Below, piece after piece: positions 10,223 to 21,090 of a stretch of DNA of 64,000 nt. Made by a program: the position numbers and the translations under genes. This DNA is from Terriglobia bacterium. Its GTDB lineage: Bacteria; Acidobacteriota; Terriglobia; Terriglobales; Acidobacteriaceae. Numbering within the stretch: position 1 is the first letter of the stretch; each line of letters opens with the position of its first letter. The DNA lies in NCBI GenBank assembly GCA_020073385.1, contig JAIQFH010000031.1, forward strand, positions 10,233-74,232, written 5' to 3'. The notes beneath the pieces are model-generated. The model was not told the DNA's origin and searched no databases. It saw only the letters and a list, made by a program, of their open reading frames with translations.

Positions 10223-12003
10223 GAATGGGTCATAAAGCTACATACCAACAAACTTTTCGCAGGCTGATCAGGCCTCGGGGAGCGATCCTCATTCTCGCTT
10301 TCTTAGCCGGCTTGGCATTGCACAGTAGCGTTCTGGCTGCGCAATCTTCTGCAAAGACGCAGGAGTCCGCTATCGCGGTGCGCTACACCGATGTTCGGGA
10401 GAGCGCGAAGATTACTTTCCAGCAGGACTCCACGCAGACGGACGAAAAGTATTATCTCGAGACCATGGGAACCGGTGTCGCGTGGATCGATTACGATCAG
10501 GACGGCTTGATGGATCTGTACTTCGTTCAGTCCGGCCCCACGGATCTCTACAAGCCGTCCCATCCGATTCGTAGCGCCCTTTATCACAACAACGGCGACG
10601 GAACTTTTACTGATGTAACGGAGAAAGCCGGTGTCGGCGCTGAAGGCCACTATGGCCAGGGCGTCGCCGTCAGCGACTTTGATAATGACGGCTATCCCGA
10701 CCTTTACGTCACCGGATACGGACGCGCCATTCTCTACCACAACAATGGCAATGGCGTTTTCACCGACGTTACTGCGAAATCCGGTGTTGCTGATGAAGGA
10801 GGATGGTCGACCAGCGCGGGATGGTTTGATTACGACAAAGACGGGTGGCTTGATCTGGTCGTGACCAACTACATTGAGTGGAGTCCCAAGAACAATCTCT
10901 GGTGCGGCGAACGGCGGCCGGGATATCGGTCCTACTGCCATCCAGGAAACTACAAGGGGCAGCGCATCAAGCTCTATCACAACAATCACGACGGAACTTT
11001 CACTGATGTGAGCGACGCATCGGGAGTGGGCAAGCCCGAGGCGAAAGGAATGGGCGTGGTTCTGGCCGATTTCAATAACGACGGCTGGACCGACATTGCC
11101 ATCGCCAACGATTCCTGGCCGAACTTTCTCTTCATCAACAAGCACAACGGGACGTTTGAAGACGTCTCACTTGTCTCAGGTCTGGCAGCCAGCGAAGACG
11201 GCCGCTACGAAGCGGGCATGGGGATCGACGCGGCTGACGTTGATGGCGACGGATGGATGGACGTTTACATCACGCATCTCGACTTCGAACTCAATCGTCT
11301 CTACCGGAATAGTCAGGACGGAACTTTCACAGATGAAACGTTCCGCTCGCGCATCGGAAATAAAGCGGTGCTGCTCAGCGGCGTCGCGGCCAAATTTCTG
11401 GACTACGACAACGACGGCTGGAACGACATCCTGCAATTGAATGGCGCCATGCTCGATAATGTCGCGCTCTATCATGGCGAGGTCTCCTACAAAGAGCCTC
11501 TGCTGATGTACCGCAATCTGGGCAAGGGCGAGTTCGACAAGGTTTCCGATTCGCTCGGACTGGACTTCACGCGCCCGATTGTCGGCCGTGGACTTGCGAC
11601 TGCGGACTACGACAATGATGGTGATATCGACATCGTTACCAATAACCGCGGCGACTTCCCTTCCCTGTTGCGCAACGACGGCGGAAATGCGAACAATTGG
11701 CTTACCGTGCAGTTGGTCGGCACAAAATCTAATCGCGACGGCATCGGCGCTTCGCTGAAACTCACTTCCGAAGGATTTGTACAAGTCGAACAGGCCAAGG
11801 GTGGGATGAGCTACATGTCGGCAAGCGATCCGCGCATTCATTTTGGACTAGGCAAGCGCGCGAAAATCGCATCGCTTGAAATCACATGGCCCAGCGGGCA
11901 GGTCGATCGATTGACAAACGTTCTGATCAACCAGATCATCACTGTGAAAGAGGGCGCAGGCCTTATCCCGCGCCAGTTTCCGAGAATTCCGAGCTCGAAA
12001 TGA
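10219..12003 (+). CDS. CRTAC1 family protein (FG-GAP/VCBS repeats plus ASPIC/UnbV C-terminal domain)
   Basis: Repeated 'DYDNDGW.D' FG-GAP motifs. C-terminus reads 'NNWLTVQLVGTKSNRDGIGASLKLTS...RIHFGLGKRAKIASLEITWPSG'. Start overlaps the upstream stop. Confidence 0.85.
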   Translation: MRMGHKATYQQTFRRLIRPRGAILILAFLAGLALHSSVLAAQSSAKTQESAIAVRYTDVRESAKITFQQDSTQTDEKYYLETMGTGVAWIDYDQDGLMDLYFVQSGPTDLYKPSHPIRSALYHNNGDGTFTDVTEKAGVGAEGHYGQGVAVSDFDNDGYPDLYVTGYGRAILYHNNGNGVFTDVTAKSGVADEGGWSTSAGWFDYDKDGWLDLVVTNYIEWSPKNNLWCGERRPGYRSYCHPGNYKGQRIKLYHNNHDGTFTDVSDASGVGKPEAKGMGVVLADFNNDGWTDIAIANDSWPNFLFINKHNGTFEDVSLVSGLAASEDGRYEAGMGIDAADVDGDGWMDVYITHLDFELNRLYRNSQDGTFTDETFRSRIGNKAVLLSGVAAKFLDYDNDGWNDILQLNGAMLDNVALYHGEVSYKEPLLMYRNLGKGEFDKVSDSLGLDFTRPIVGRGLATADYDNDGDIDIVTNNRGDFPSLLRNDGGNANNWLTVQLVGTKSNRDGIGASLKLTSEGFVQVEQAKGGMSYMSASDPRIHFGLGKRAKIASLEITWPSGQVDRLTNVLINQIITVKEGAGLIPRQFPRIPSSK

Positions 12004-13787
12004 ATTTTCCCCGCCGCCGCTTTCTCGGCTCGTCCGTAGTCGTTCTCGGCAGCAGCTTGCTCGATGCTCTCGCCACGCCATTGTGGAAGTGGAACCGCAG
12101 CCTTGCTCTTTCGTCAACGCGAGCTGCCTCTCCGGAATCTCCGGTGCAATTCGTCAACGTCGCCCGGGAAGCTGGACTCACGATCCCCAACGTCTGGGGA
12201 GGTGCTGATCATAAGCGCTACATCATCGAAGCCAAAGGCAGCGGTCTCGCATTCTTCGACTACGACCAGGATGGCTGGCTCGACATCTACCTGACCAACG
12301 GAACGCGCTTCGATGAGAAATGGGCGTCTGGTCAGGAGCCGACGTCACACCTCTACAAGAACAATCGCGACGGAACTTTCACCGACGTCACGGCAAAATC
12401 CGGACTGGCGCGCACCGGCTGGCAGACCGGGGTTTGCGTCGGCGATTACGATAACGACGGCTGGGACGACTTGTTCTGCTGCTTCTGGGGACACAACATT
12501 CTTTTTCACAATAACAGCGACGGCACGTTCACCGACGTGACGCGCAAGGCCGGCGTATACGACGAACGCGTGCGCTGGGGCTCAGGCTGCACCTTTCTGG
12601 ACTACGATCGTGACGGGCACCTCGACCTCTTCGTCTGCAACTACATTCAGCTCGATCCGAAAACAACAGGGTCACCCGGAGAATCGGCTACGTGCCAGTG
12701 GAAGGGGATTCCGGTGATGTGCGGCCCGCGCGGCCTCACTGGTGATACGAACGTTCTTTATCGCAACAACGGGGACGGCACGTTCACCGATGTCTCGCAG
12801 AAAGCCGGCATTCTTAAGCCTGGCCCTCGATATTCCATCACCGCGGCCAGCGCGGATTTTGATAACGACGGCTGGCCGGATATTTACGTGGCGGTCGATT
12901 CTGAACCGAGCATTCTCTTTCGCAACAATCATGACGGAACTTTCACAGACGTCGCCGTAATGGCCGGATGCGCCTACAGTGAAAACGGCCACGAGCAAGC
13001 CGGAATGGGCGTGGGCGTCGCTGACTACGACTGCGATGGCTGGTTCGACATCTTCAAGACTAATTTCGCCGACGACACGTGCAATCTCTATCACAACAAC
13101 GGCGATGGCACGTTCAGCGATGTGACATTCGCTTCGGGCATCGGCATCAACAATCAGTATGTCGCATGGGGCTGTGGGTTCGTTGATTACGATAACGACG
13201 GCTGGGCAGACATCATCCAGGTGAACGGTCACGTTTATCCCGAGATAGCCGGACACGCCATCGGCCAACAGTTTAAGAATCCACGGCTCGTTTACAGGAA
13301 TCTTGGCAATGGGCAATTCAAGGATGTTTCGTTGAGCATGGGTCCGGGCATTGCCGAGCGCTATTCCAGCCGGGGCGCGGCGTTTGGCGACTTCGACAAT
13401 GATGGTGACATCGACGTGCTGGTGTTGAACATGAACGATGTTCCATCTCTGCTGCGGAATGATGGCGGCAACAAGCAGAACTGGATCAAGATCAAACTGG
13501 TGGGAACCAAGTGCAATCTCACCGCGATCGGCGCCCGGGTACGCGTCGTGACCGGCAACCATTCCCAGATCGACGAGGTACGCAGCGGTTCGAGCGTCAT
13601 GTCGCAAAGCGACCTGCGTCTCCACTTCGGCTTGGGCAAGGCGCAATCTATCGACGTGATTGAAGTAAAATGGCCCACCACTCAGAAGATCGAGCGATTC
13701 ACTCAGGTGAAGGCCAACCAGATCCTTACGATCCGCGAGGGTAGTGGAATCGTCTCGCCTCCTTCGCCAACGAAGGGCGCCAAATGA
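12000..13787 (+). CDS. CRTAC1 family protein (second copy), Tat/Sec-type signal
   Basis: ORF 11886..13787. ATG at 12000 overlaps the upstream TGA (ATGA) and gives [19 protein letters not shown]. Architecture matches the previous gene ('[23 protein letters not shown]...[19 protein letters not shown]'). Confidence 0.85.
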   Translation: MNFPRRRFLGSSVVVLGSSLLDALATPLWKWNRSLALSSTRAASPESPVQFVNVAREAGLTIPNVWGGADHKRYIIEAKGSGLAFFDYDQDGWLDIYLTNGTRFDEKWASGQEPTSHLYKNNRDGTFTDVTAKSGLARTGWQTGVCVGDYDNDGWDDLFCCFWGHNILFHNNSDGTFTDVTRKAGVYDERVRWGSGCTFLDYDRDGHLDLFVCNYIQLDPKTTGSPGESATCQWKGIPVMCGPRGLTGDTNVLYRNNGDGTFTDVSQKAGILKPGPRYSITAASADFDNDGWPDIYVAVDSEPSILFRNNHDGTFTDVAVMAGCAYSENGHEQAGMGVGVADYDCDGWFDIFKTNFADDTCNLYHNNGDGTFSDVTFASGIGINNQYVAWGCGFVDYDNDGWADIIQVNGHVYPEIAGHAIGQQFKNPRLVYRNLGNGQFKDVSLSMGPGIAERYSSRGAAFGDFDNDGDIDVLVLNMNDVPSLLRNDGGNKQNWIKIKLVGTKCNLTAIGARVRVVTGNHSQIDEVRSGSSVMSQSDLRLHFGLGKAQSIDVIEVKWPTTQKIERFTQVKANQILTIREGSGIVSPPSPTKGAK

Positions 13788-14818
13788 AAGCTCTATTGCT
13801 CTCGGAGTATCGCCGCTTGGAATTCACAGACGTAGCGACACCGGAGCCGCAGCGGGGAGAAGTCGTGGTCCGGGTGGCAGCCTGTGGAATCTGCGGCAGC
13901 GATGTACACGGGTACGACGGCTCCTCGGGACGCCGGATTCCGCCGATCATCATGGGACATGAGGCGGCAGGTATTGTCGCCCGGATCGGCGAGGGCGTCG
14001 GTGGTTTTTCGGAAGGCGATCGCGTTACGTTCGACTCGACCGTGTATTGCGGCCAATGCGAGAACTGCCTGCGCGGTGAGATCAATCTCTGCGACCGTCG
14101 AGAGGTTCTCGGTGTCTCCTGCGGTGACTACCGTCGCGCGGGAGCGTTCGCCGAGTTCGTGTCGGTGCCGGCCCGCATCATTCATCGCCTTCCGGAAAAT
14201 CTGTCGTTTCATGAAGCGGCGTTGCTCGAGGCGGTTGCGGTGGCCTTGCATGCTGTTTCGCTGGCCACGATCCCGCCTGACAGCACCGCTTTGGTTGTAG
14301 GCGCCGGCACAATCGGGCTTCTGTTGCAGCAGGCATTGAGGGTGGCTGGGTGCTCGCGTGTATTCGTAGCCGACCCGGATAGCACGCGCCTCGCTCTCAG
14401 CCAAAGGCTCGGCGCGACCGAGACAATCTCTGAGAATGTCGTGGAACGGATTCGACAACTCACGAGTGGGTTCGGCGTGGATCTGGCCGTGGAGGCTGTG
14501 GGGAAAACAGAGTCCATGGGCACGGCGATCGACTGCGTCCGCAAAGGCGGAACGGTCGTTCTCGTGGGCAACATTACTCCCGAGGTCAAACTGCCCCTGC
14601 AGAAAGTGGTCTCGCGGCAATTGCGCCTGCAAGGATCGTGCGCCTCCGCCGGTGAATATCCGCGGGCGATCGAACTCATGTCCCGGGGAGAGATTCAGGT
14701 TAAGCCGCTTATCACCGCAGTCGCACCGCTCGCTGAAGGTCCACAGTGGTTCGAGCGGCTTTATGCCCGGGAACCGAACTTGATGAAAGTCGTGCTCACG
14801 CCGGGGAATCAGTCGTGA
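13784..14818 (+). CDS. Zinc-dependent alcohol/polyol dehydrogenase (MDR family)
   Basis: '[16 protein letters not shown]', 'GHEAAGIV', Rossmann '[10 protein letters not shown]'. ATGA overlap with the upstream gene. Confidence 0.85.
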   Translation: MKALLLSEYRRLEFTDVATPEPQRGEVVVRVAACGICGSDVHGYDGSSGRRIPPIIMGHEAAGIVARIGEGVGGFSEGDRVTFDSTVYCGQCENCLRGEINLCDRREVLGVSCGDYRRAGAFAEFVSVPARIIHRLPENLSFHEAALLEAVAVALHAVSLATIPPDSTALVVGAGTIGLLLQQALRVAGCSRVFVADPDSTRLALSQRLGATETISENVVERIRQLTSGFGVDLAVEAVGKTESMGTAIDCVRKGGTVVLVGNITPEVKLPLQKVVSRQLRLQGSCASAGEYPRAIELMSRGEIQVKPLITAVAPLAEGPQWFERLYAREPNLMKVVLTPGNQS

Positions 14819-15621
14819 ACCAGTCCTCGACGGGCCGCGGACTCTTCGATCTGAGTGGTCGAGTCGCGATCGTGACCGGTACCAGCCGCGGACTGGGGCA
14901 GACATTTGCGCGCGCTCTCGCTCGCGCCGGCGCTGACCTCGTGCTCACCAGCCGCAATGGCGCGTCCCTCAAGGAGTTTGAGGCCGAGATACAAGCGCTG
15001 GGACGTCGTGCATCGTCACTTGAACTGGATGTTCGCGATCATGCCAGCATCGAGCGCATGGTGGCTTCGGCGGAAGATGCTTTCGGGCATCTCGACATTC
15101 TGGTGAACAATGCGGGATGCAACATTCGTAAACCTGCGATCGATGTCACATGGGAAGACTGGAATCAAATCCTCGACACGAATCTTCGCGGAAGCTTCTT
15201 TGTGGCTCAGGCGGCGGCGCGGCGCATGATCCCGCGCGGCTACGGCCGCATTATCAATATCGGTTCGGTGACTAGCGTCGCGGGCTACGCTGGTCTCGCT
15301 CCCTACGGAGCGAGCCGCGGAGGCATCCGGCAACTAACGATGAGCCTTGCCGATGACTGGGGCAAACACGGAATCACGGTGAACTGCCTGGCGCCCGGAT
15401 GGTTCCGCACCGAGCAGAACAAGATTCTTTACGAGGATAAAGAATGGGTCGAACACCTTTCCGAACGCATTCCCGTAAAGCGTCCGGGCCGACCTGATGA
15501 CCTGGAATCGGCCGTGGTATTTCTCGCGGCGGAGTCGAGCCGCTACGTGACTGGCCAGACACTGCTCGTCGACGGAGGCATTTCGACCGGCGCCGTGCGA
15601 GCGTTGCCCAAAACTCGCTGA
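14815..15621 (+). CDS. SDR family oxidoreductase (gluconate-5-dehydrogenase/KduD-like)
   Basis: ORF 14746..15621. GTG at 14815 overlaps the upstream stop (GTGA). 'VAIVTGTSRGLGQ', 'NNAG', 'YGASRGG' (Y-x3-R/K region). Confidence 0.85.
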   Translation: MNQSSTGRGLFDLSGRVAIVTGTSRGLGQTFARALARAGADLVLTSRNGASLKEFEAEIQALGRRASSLELDVRDHASIERMVASAEDAFGHLDILVNNAGCNIRKPAIDVTWEDWNQILDTNLRGSFFVAQAAARRMIPRGYGRIINIGSVTSVAGYAGLAPYGASRGGIRQLTMSLADDWGKHGITVNCLAPGWFRTEQNKILYEDKEWVEHLSERIPVKRPGRPDDLESAVVFLAAESSRYVTGQTLLVDGGISTGAVRALPKTR

Positions 15622-15622
15622 T

Positions 15623-17581
15623 CTATTGATGAATTCTCGCCGCCCAGCCTCCGCCGCTCGCGAGTTGCAACTTCAACTTCGTGGCTCGATTCACCTGGGT
15701 CGTGGTCTTGCGATAGTCACTCGCGTTTCGATCCGCATTCACCCCATCCTGATAGGTATCCATCGTGAAGTTTCCATCGGGCAAGAACGACAGATCTATA
15801 TCGAGCGTGCGCGGACTCCAGTCGTTCATCGCCCCGACGTACCAATCCTTCCCATTCCTCCGCGCAACCACAACATAATCTGCAATGCGCGCGTCTAGCA
15901 CCTTGGTTTCGTCCCACTCGGTTGGAACAGGCCCGAGAAACTCCATGGTCTCGGGTTCTCGCAAGTAGTTTGACGGACTATCGGACAACATCTGCAACGG
16001 AGCGTCATAGACAACGTACATCGCCAACTGATGGCAGCGCGTGCCCATGGCCATGGGCTGACTATTGATCGCAGCGAACGTAGCTTTGGTCGCATTGCGC
16101 ATCGCGCCCGGTGTGTAGTCCATCGGACCGAGGAACATCCTGGTAAACGGCAGCGTTACGTTGTGTTCGGGTTCCGATTCCCTGCTCCACTTGCTCCACT
16201 CCATTCCGCGCACACCTTCGGCGTTGATCAGGTTGGGCCAGATGCGGGTCATGGACGCAGGCTTCTGGTCTCCGTGAAAATCCACCAGCATATGGCGCTT
16301 CGCGGCCTCGCGGCACACGCGATAAAAATAGTCGATCATGATCTGGTCGCTGCGCTGCATGAAATCGACTTTGATTCCCTTCACCCCCCATTTTTCAAAT
16401 TGATCGAGCGCAGGAATGAGCTGATCGTCGAGCGTCTTCCACGACGCCCATAGAATGATTCCGACATTCTTCTGTTTGGCGTAGGAAACCAACTCTTCCA
16501 TGTTGAGTTCCGGCGTCACCTCGAGCAGATTGCCCAGTTTGTACCAGCCATCGTCCAGAATGATGTAGGGGATTCCGTATTTCGCAGCGAAGTCGACGTA
16601 GTACTCGTAGGTTTTCGTATTAATTCCAGCAGGAAAATCGACGCTGGAGATGTTCCAGTCGTTCCACCAGTCCCACGCAACTTTGCCCGGCTTGATCCAC
16701 GATGTGTCCTCGAACTGCGCCGGCCGCTGCAGCAGATAGACAATCTGATTCGTGAGCAAATCGCCATCGTGGTCAGCGATACCGATCACGCGCCAGGGAA
16801 ACGTCCGCGTTCCTGACGTTACGGCGATATAGTCGGCGGTTTCCACGGGCTTGTAATCACGATCGCTGGTTTGCACTTCCTTCGTTGGATACGGTGGAAA
16901 GGTCGCAGCCAGACCAGGCCCGCCGGTTCCGCGCAACCAAAGGCCGGGATAGTCTTCGAGATCAGACTCGGCGATCGCAAGCTTCGCTCCCTGGCCGACG
17001 TCGATAATGGCGGGCAGCGTGGCGATGAATTCCGGAGCAATCTCGCTTAAATGTTGTGGCAGGTATTTGCGCTCGTTGTGCGAATAGAAGCTGTCTTCCT
17101 GCGGATAATAAACAACATAGTTCGTTGGGAAATTGAACGCCGACTCTTCGCCGTAAACTTTTACTTTCTCCTGCGGCAGCGATGTTTCGAAGCGGTAGGC
17201 CACGCCTTCGTTGTAGGCGCGGAATACAACGGAATACCCGCCATCCATTTTCAGCCGCAGCTCATTGTAGTGGTCCCGAATCTTGGCAAACTTCTGACGA
17301 ACTACGGGTTCAACCACCTGATCTGTTGAGTGCGTTTTAGCATCGATGACTTTGGGTTGCATACCCAGCTTGTTGTGCTCCACGTCCAGCAAAATCGTGG
17401 CGTTCTCCAGCACGGCCCTGCCCTTCAGAATCAGGTCATAGCGAATCCGATCCGCGGTTCGGATTCTGAGCTCGATTCGCCCATCCGGCGAGCGCAGATC
17501 GTGACTCGACTGCGCCGCTCCCTCTTGAATGAAAACACTGCTTAGAATTGCGAGAATGGCCAGTGCGAAAAGCGCCCTCAT
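15623..17581 (-). CDS. Glycoside hydrolase family 97 (alpha-glucosidase-like), secreted
   Basis: Signal MRALFALAILAILSSVFIQEGAAQ. 'SPDGRIELRIRT...YDLILKGRAVL', 'YIILDDGWY', 'WGVKGIKVDFMQRSDQIMIDYF...VDFHGDQKPASMTRIWPNLINAEGVRGMEW' match my recollection of GH97. Confidence 0.85.
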   Translation of the reverse strand: MRALFALAILAILSSVFIQEGAAQSSHDLRSPDGRIELRIRTADRIRYDLILKGRAVLENATILLDVEHNKLGMQPKVIDAKTHSTDQVVEPVVRQKFAKIRDHYNELRLKMDGGYSVVFRAYNEGVAYRFETSLPQEKVKVYGEESAFNFPTNYVVYYPQEDSFYSHNERKYLPQHLSEIAPEFIATLPAIIDVGQGAKLAIAESDLEDYPGLWLRGTGGPGLAATFPPYPTKEVQTSDRDYKPVETADYIAVTSGTRTFPWRVIGIADHDGDLLTNQIVYLLQRPAQFEDTSWIKPGKVAWDWWNDWNISSVDFPAGINTKTYEYYVDFAAKYGIPYIILDDGWYKLGNLLEVTPELNMEELVSYAKQKNVGIILWASWKTLDDQLIPALDQFEKWGVKGIKVDFMQRSDQIMIDYFYRVCREAAKRHMLVDFHGDQKPASMTRIWPNLINAEGVRGMEWSKWSRESEPEHNVTLPFTRMFLGPMDYTPGAMRNATKATFAAINSQPMAMGTRCHQLAMYVVYDAPLQMLSDSPSNYLREPETMEFLGPVPTEWDETKVLDARIADYVVVARRNGKDWYVGAMNDWSPRTLDIDLSFLPDGNFTMDTYQDGVNADRNASDYRKTTTQVNRATKLKLQLASGGGWAARIHQ

Positions 17582-17673
17582 CTGATGAACCTCCCGGAAA
17601 GCAGTCTTGAGTGCGAGAAACTCGGAATCTTACTCGGGAAGGCGAAGCATTACAAATCGGGGGCGTGCCTCGC

Positions 17674-18247
17674 TCATTTCTTCTGGCGCCCGGCGCGAAG
17701 CTTCTCCAGCACATCCGTGGTCTGAGCATCGGATGGATTGAGGTGGTGAGCGTGCTCCAGCACTGGCAACGCGGCGTCGTCTTCACCCAACATATAGAGG
17801 GTCGCGCCCAGCAGCACCACCGAACCGTAGAATTCGGGACGCAAACCCACCGCCGTCTCCAGCGGCGCGCGCCTCTGCGTATCGCTGCAAGCGGAAGTAG
17901 GTGAGTCCCAGGTTGTGCCAGGCCTCGAACGATTTCGAATCGAGCTGCACGGCGCGCTTCAGCGGATCGAGTGCTTCCTCGAAAGCACCCGCATCGCCGA
18001 ATAGTTGGCCGAGCAGAGTGAGTTTTTCTGGATCGTTGGGGCCGAAGACGCGGTGGCAGACCTCACGCGCCGTGGCTGGCGGTCCAGTCTGCAAGGCAGC
18101 GGTGCAGTCTCGCGCATCCTTTTCCGTGTTCTTGTGTGCGTCGCGAAACTGGGTGTAAAGGCTGAACTCGCGATCGGCATCCTGATCGCGTCCGGCGCTG
18201 GTATAGGCTCGTGCCAGCCGGTAATGTTGGAAAGATCTGCCCGCCAA
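17674..18247 (-). pseudogene. TPR protein remnant, frameshifted in a GC-dinucleotide run near 17864-17872 and apparently N-terminally truncated
   Basis: ORF 17783..18247 ends in nonsense (...EARAAGDGGGFASRIL). Shifting one frame at the gcgcgcgc run gives TPR-like 'APLETAVGLRPEFYGSVVLLGATLYMLGEDDAALPVLEHAHHLNPSDAQTTDVLEKLRAGRQKK*', with stop at 17674-17676. Confidence 0.5.
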
Positions 18248-18374
18248 TAAAGTTCATCGTATCGAAGAACCTTAGAGATTCACGGGGAGACTCGAATCCA
18301 GGGCCTGAGCCTGTCATGGTAGAGCTACAGTTTTCGCGTGTTGTCGTCCGTTTAGACGCTGGTCTCGTGGTCAG

Positions 18375-18818
18375 CTAATCCTTGTCCAAATACTCATCGG
18401 GAACATCGTCTTCAGGGACCTCATGGGTGTGCACTTCCCGTGTATCTTGATCGTCGGCTTCCTCCACACCCGCCACAGCGCCAGCCTCGAAGATGTTACC
18501 CTCTTCGACCAATTCGTCGACGCTTTCCGAATCCGCCTGCTCCGCTCGGGACAATCCCTGTAGGTCTCCCGATTGGCGAGCCAGGACTGCGCCTTCTCTG
18601 CCCCGGGACGACTCCAATTGTTGCGTGCGGCGGATTGGGGTCTTCAACCTGCCGGACGGACTTACCTTCGAGGATCTCTTCTTTTTCGATTGTTTCTTCT
18701 TGAGCGTCTTCTTCAGAGCCATCGCCTGTTTTTCACTCGACTTTTTCTTCGCCAGCTTTGAGGTTGCGATCTTTGACTTTGTTTGCTTGCTCTTAGATTT
18801 TTTTCTTCTGGAGGGCAT
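18375..18818 (-). CDS. Hypothetical protein: Lys/Ser-rich basic N-terminal half, acidic C-terminal half
   Basis: MPSRRKKSKSKQTKSKIATSKLAKKKSSEKQ...KKKQSKKKRSSK, then ...EEADDQDTREVHTHEVPEDDVPDEYLDKD. No family recognised. Confidence 0.45.
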   Translation of the reverse strand: MPSRRKKSKSKQTKSKIATSKLAKKKSSEKQAMALKKTLKKKQSKKKRSSKVSPSGRLKTPIRRTQQLESSRGREGAVLARQSGDLQGLSRAEQADSESVDELVEEGNIFEAGAVAGVEEADDQDTREVHTHEVPEDDVPDEYLDKD

Positions 18819-19008
18819 GGCTGCAGTCTAACACTGTTGTTAGTCGACGACCGCAACGCCGCCGAGATCAGGAGCCCTTGCAGCAAAACGACTTATCACT
18901 CTCACTCGGAGCCTGAATTGTGTCTACGGCCCAGTTCAAAGCGCCAACTGCCGATGGGCAAGTCCGGTATTTGAAAGAATCTACTCTTTGAACAGCAAGT
19001 CACAGCTT

Positions 19009-19310
19009 TTAAGCGTCAACGGCAGACCGGTTGCGTTTTCCTGGAATAAAGAGCAATCCCACGCTGCCCGCAATAGCAAAGATCACAACGTAGTAAAACA
19101 CGGCAGCATGACTGACGCGGTCCACAACAGACCAGCGACAGCGCTTGCGACCAATCCGAGAAGCCCAACGACTGCACTGTACCAGCCGACGGCACTGGCG
19201 CGCAGGAGTTCTGGCACGAAGTCCGAAGCAAGTGCCTTGCCGACCGACCGAAATATTCTCTGAAACAATCCGTAGAAAACGAACAAGAGGGCAACCACTT
19301 CCACGCTTCT
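19009..19310 (-). pseudogene. MFS transporter C-terminal remnant (last ~3 TM helices), frameshifted
   Basis: Two overlapping minus-strand ORFs in different frames together read 'VEVVALLFVFYGLFQRIFRSVGKALASDFVPELLRASAVGWYSAVVGLLGLVASAVAGLLW' / 'SHAAVFYYVVIFAIAGSVGLLFIPGK'. No upstream MFS sequence is present. Confidence 0.4.
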
Positions 19311-19507
19311 GGTACTCCGCGAATTTATATGCACAACACGCAGGGTCCACCAACTGGCTGCGATTCTCCTTCGTCGGTAGCAGGCGGAAGAAATCGCGAA
19401 AACTCCGTTCCCCTGCGTGTGGCGCATAAGCATCGACTGAGGTTCCAACCCAATCGGACGAATAACGGTAGACCAACGGCTTAGATCGATCTGCCTAACC
19501 CAAAAAC

Positions 19508-20356
19508 TCAGGCAGCTGCCTTTCGAGCTTGTTGCACCGACCTCACAAATTTCAGCAAGTCGCCGTTGACTTCATCCTGGTGTGTAGCCGTGAGACCGTG
19601 GGGTCTGCCGGGATAGTAAATTTCTTTGGCTCCCTTGATCAGCTTGGCCGATTTCTTCGCTGAATCTTTGATGGGCACGACCTGGTCGTCCTCACCATGC
19701 ATGACCAGCGCAGGCACGTCGAACTTCTTGAGGTCCTCGGTGAAGTCGGTCTCGGAAAATGCCTTGATGCTCTCGTAGCTATTCTTAAGACCGGCCTGCA
19801 TGCTCCATAGCCAAAACTGGTCCAGCATTCCCTGCGAGACCTTCGCCCCCGACCGATTAGCGCCATAGAACATTACGGCGAAGTCTTTGTAGAACTGCGA
19901 ACGATCGTTGAAGAGGCCCTTTCGCAGTCCGTCGAACACTTCGATCGGGATCCCTTCCGGGTTTGATGCGGACTTCACCAGGATCGGGGGCACAGCGGCG
20001 ATCAGAACCGCCGCGGCAACGCGTTTTGTGCCGTGTCGCCCGATGTAGCGCGTCACTTCGCCTCCGCCGGTGGAGTGACCGACCAGAGTGACGTCTTTGA
20101 GATCCAGTTCCTCAATGACCGCTGCCAGATCGTCGGCGTACCCATTCATGTCGTTCCCGGACGAGGCTTGGCTGGACCGGCCATGGCCGCGCCGATCGTG
20201 CGCAACCACACGGAAACCATTCTGGGCGAGGAAAAGCATTTGTCCGTCCCATGCATCGGCATTCAACGGCCATCCGTGGGAAAATGTGACGACCGGACCT
20301 TTGCCCCAGTCTTTGTAGTAGATTGTCGTGCCATCTTTCACCGTAATTGTGCTCAT
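19508..20356 (-). CDS. Alpha/beta hydrolase, non-heme haloperoxidase/arylesterase family
   Basis: '[61 protein letters not shown]', nucleophile elbow 'GHSTGG'. Confidence 0.85.
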   Translation of the reverse strand: MSTITVKDGTTIYYKDWGKGPVVTFSHGWPLNADAWDGQMLFLAQNGFRVVAHDRRGHGRSSQASSGNDMNGYADDLAAVIEELDLKDVTLVGHSTGGGEVTRYIGRHGTKRVAAAVLIAAVPPILVKSASNPEGIPIEVFDGLRKGLFNDRSQFYKDFAVMFYGANRSGAKVSQGMLDQFWLWSMQAGLKNSYESIKAFSETDFTEDLKKFDVPALVMHGEDDQVVPIKDSAKKSAKLIKGAKEIYYPGRPHGLTATHQDEVNGDLLKFVRSVQQARKAAA

Positions 20357-20407
20357 ACAAATTTCCTCCTTGAGTTTTTGCGAAACAGAAATGCTTACGG
20401 TTTTGGT

Positions 20408-20797
20408 TTAGTTGGCCGGCACCAGCACCGGAGCGCCTTTGTCCTTCACGAAGAACACCACGAATTTCGCCGGTTTGGTTTGGCTTGCGTTCCGCCCAAC
20501 TACGTGGACATCATCTGGGCCTTCATAGAAGGTCTGCCCAGGTGTCAGAGTCGTTTCCTTTCCACCTCTCACCTGCATCACGATCGAGCCTTCCAGCACA
20601 TAAATAAACCCATACGCATTGTGGCGATGTATGGGGTCCGAACTGCCCGGTGGATACTCCACGGTGACCATCAGACCTTCCTTGCCAGGAGCCGTTGTCA
20701 GGTCTTTCGACAGGAGCGGCGTAACCTTGGCCTGCTGTGCTACCAGCGTGGCGGACATGAGACATGCGAGGGCCACAATTAGTTTTGGGAATGTCAT
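20408..20797 (-). CDS. Cupin domain protein, secreted
   Basis: Signal MTFPKLIVALACLMSATLVAQQ, then 'SDPIHRHNAYGFIYVLEGSIVMQV...G.TFYEGP'. Confidence 0.65.
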   Translation of the reverse strand: MTFPKLIVALACLMSATLVAQQAKVTPLLSKDLTTAPGKEGLMVTVEYPPGSSDPIHRHNAYGFIYVLEGSIVMQVRGGKETTLTPGQTFYEGPDDVHVVGRNASQTKPAKFVVFFVKDKGAPVLVPAN

Positions 20798-20808
20798 AAA
20801 TTAACCTT

Positions 20809-21090
20809 TCACTTGATCGATGCCATTTCAATCGGTCGTGTGTATTGGCCGGCACTTCGCCCGGCACTTCGCCCGGCACTTCGCAGTGACGCGTGGCTCT
20901 GCACGAGTTCCCGTTCAGCACACAGCCAGTCTTCGATGTGGTGTCCATCCTGCCGGCCACCTGACTCGTATAAACTGAAGGCGAGTTGGGCGATCTCTTC
21001 GTGTGTCGGGGAGAGGCGACGGCTGCCGTCCTTTCCCCTACGCCGTTGACCAGTGGTGTCCGCGGCGACGATATCAGCTCGCTTTTTCAT
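20809..21090 (-). CDS. DUF2934 domain protein with C-terminal (SAGR)x3 repeat
   Basis: 'HEEIAQLAFSLYESGGRQDGHHIEDWLCAERELV' matches the DUF2934 pattern as I recall it. The C-terminal repeat is encoded by the 12-bp tandem repeat. Confidence 0.6.
   Translation of the reverse strand: MKKRADIVAADTTGQRRRGKDGSRRLSPTHEEIAQLAFSLYESGGRQDGHHIEDWLCAERELVQSHASLRSAGRSAGRSAGQYTRPIEMASIK
20849..20884. repeat. Perfect tandem repeat, 3 x 12 bp (ccggcacttcgc)
   Basis: Read directly. It lies inside the DUF2934 CDS. Confidence 0.95.

Noticed and set aside
18283-18345. tRNA-like fragment ('ggggagactcgaatccagggcc' resembling a T arm, plus 'tggtagagc').
   Set aside because: I could not fold a complete cloverleaf on either strand. 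The T stem has only ~3 pairs and the two pieces are in opposite orientations. At most it is an eroded relic.
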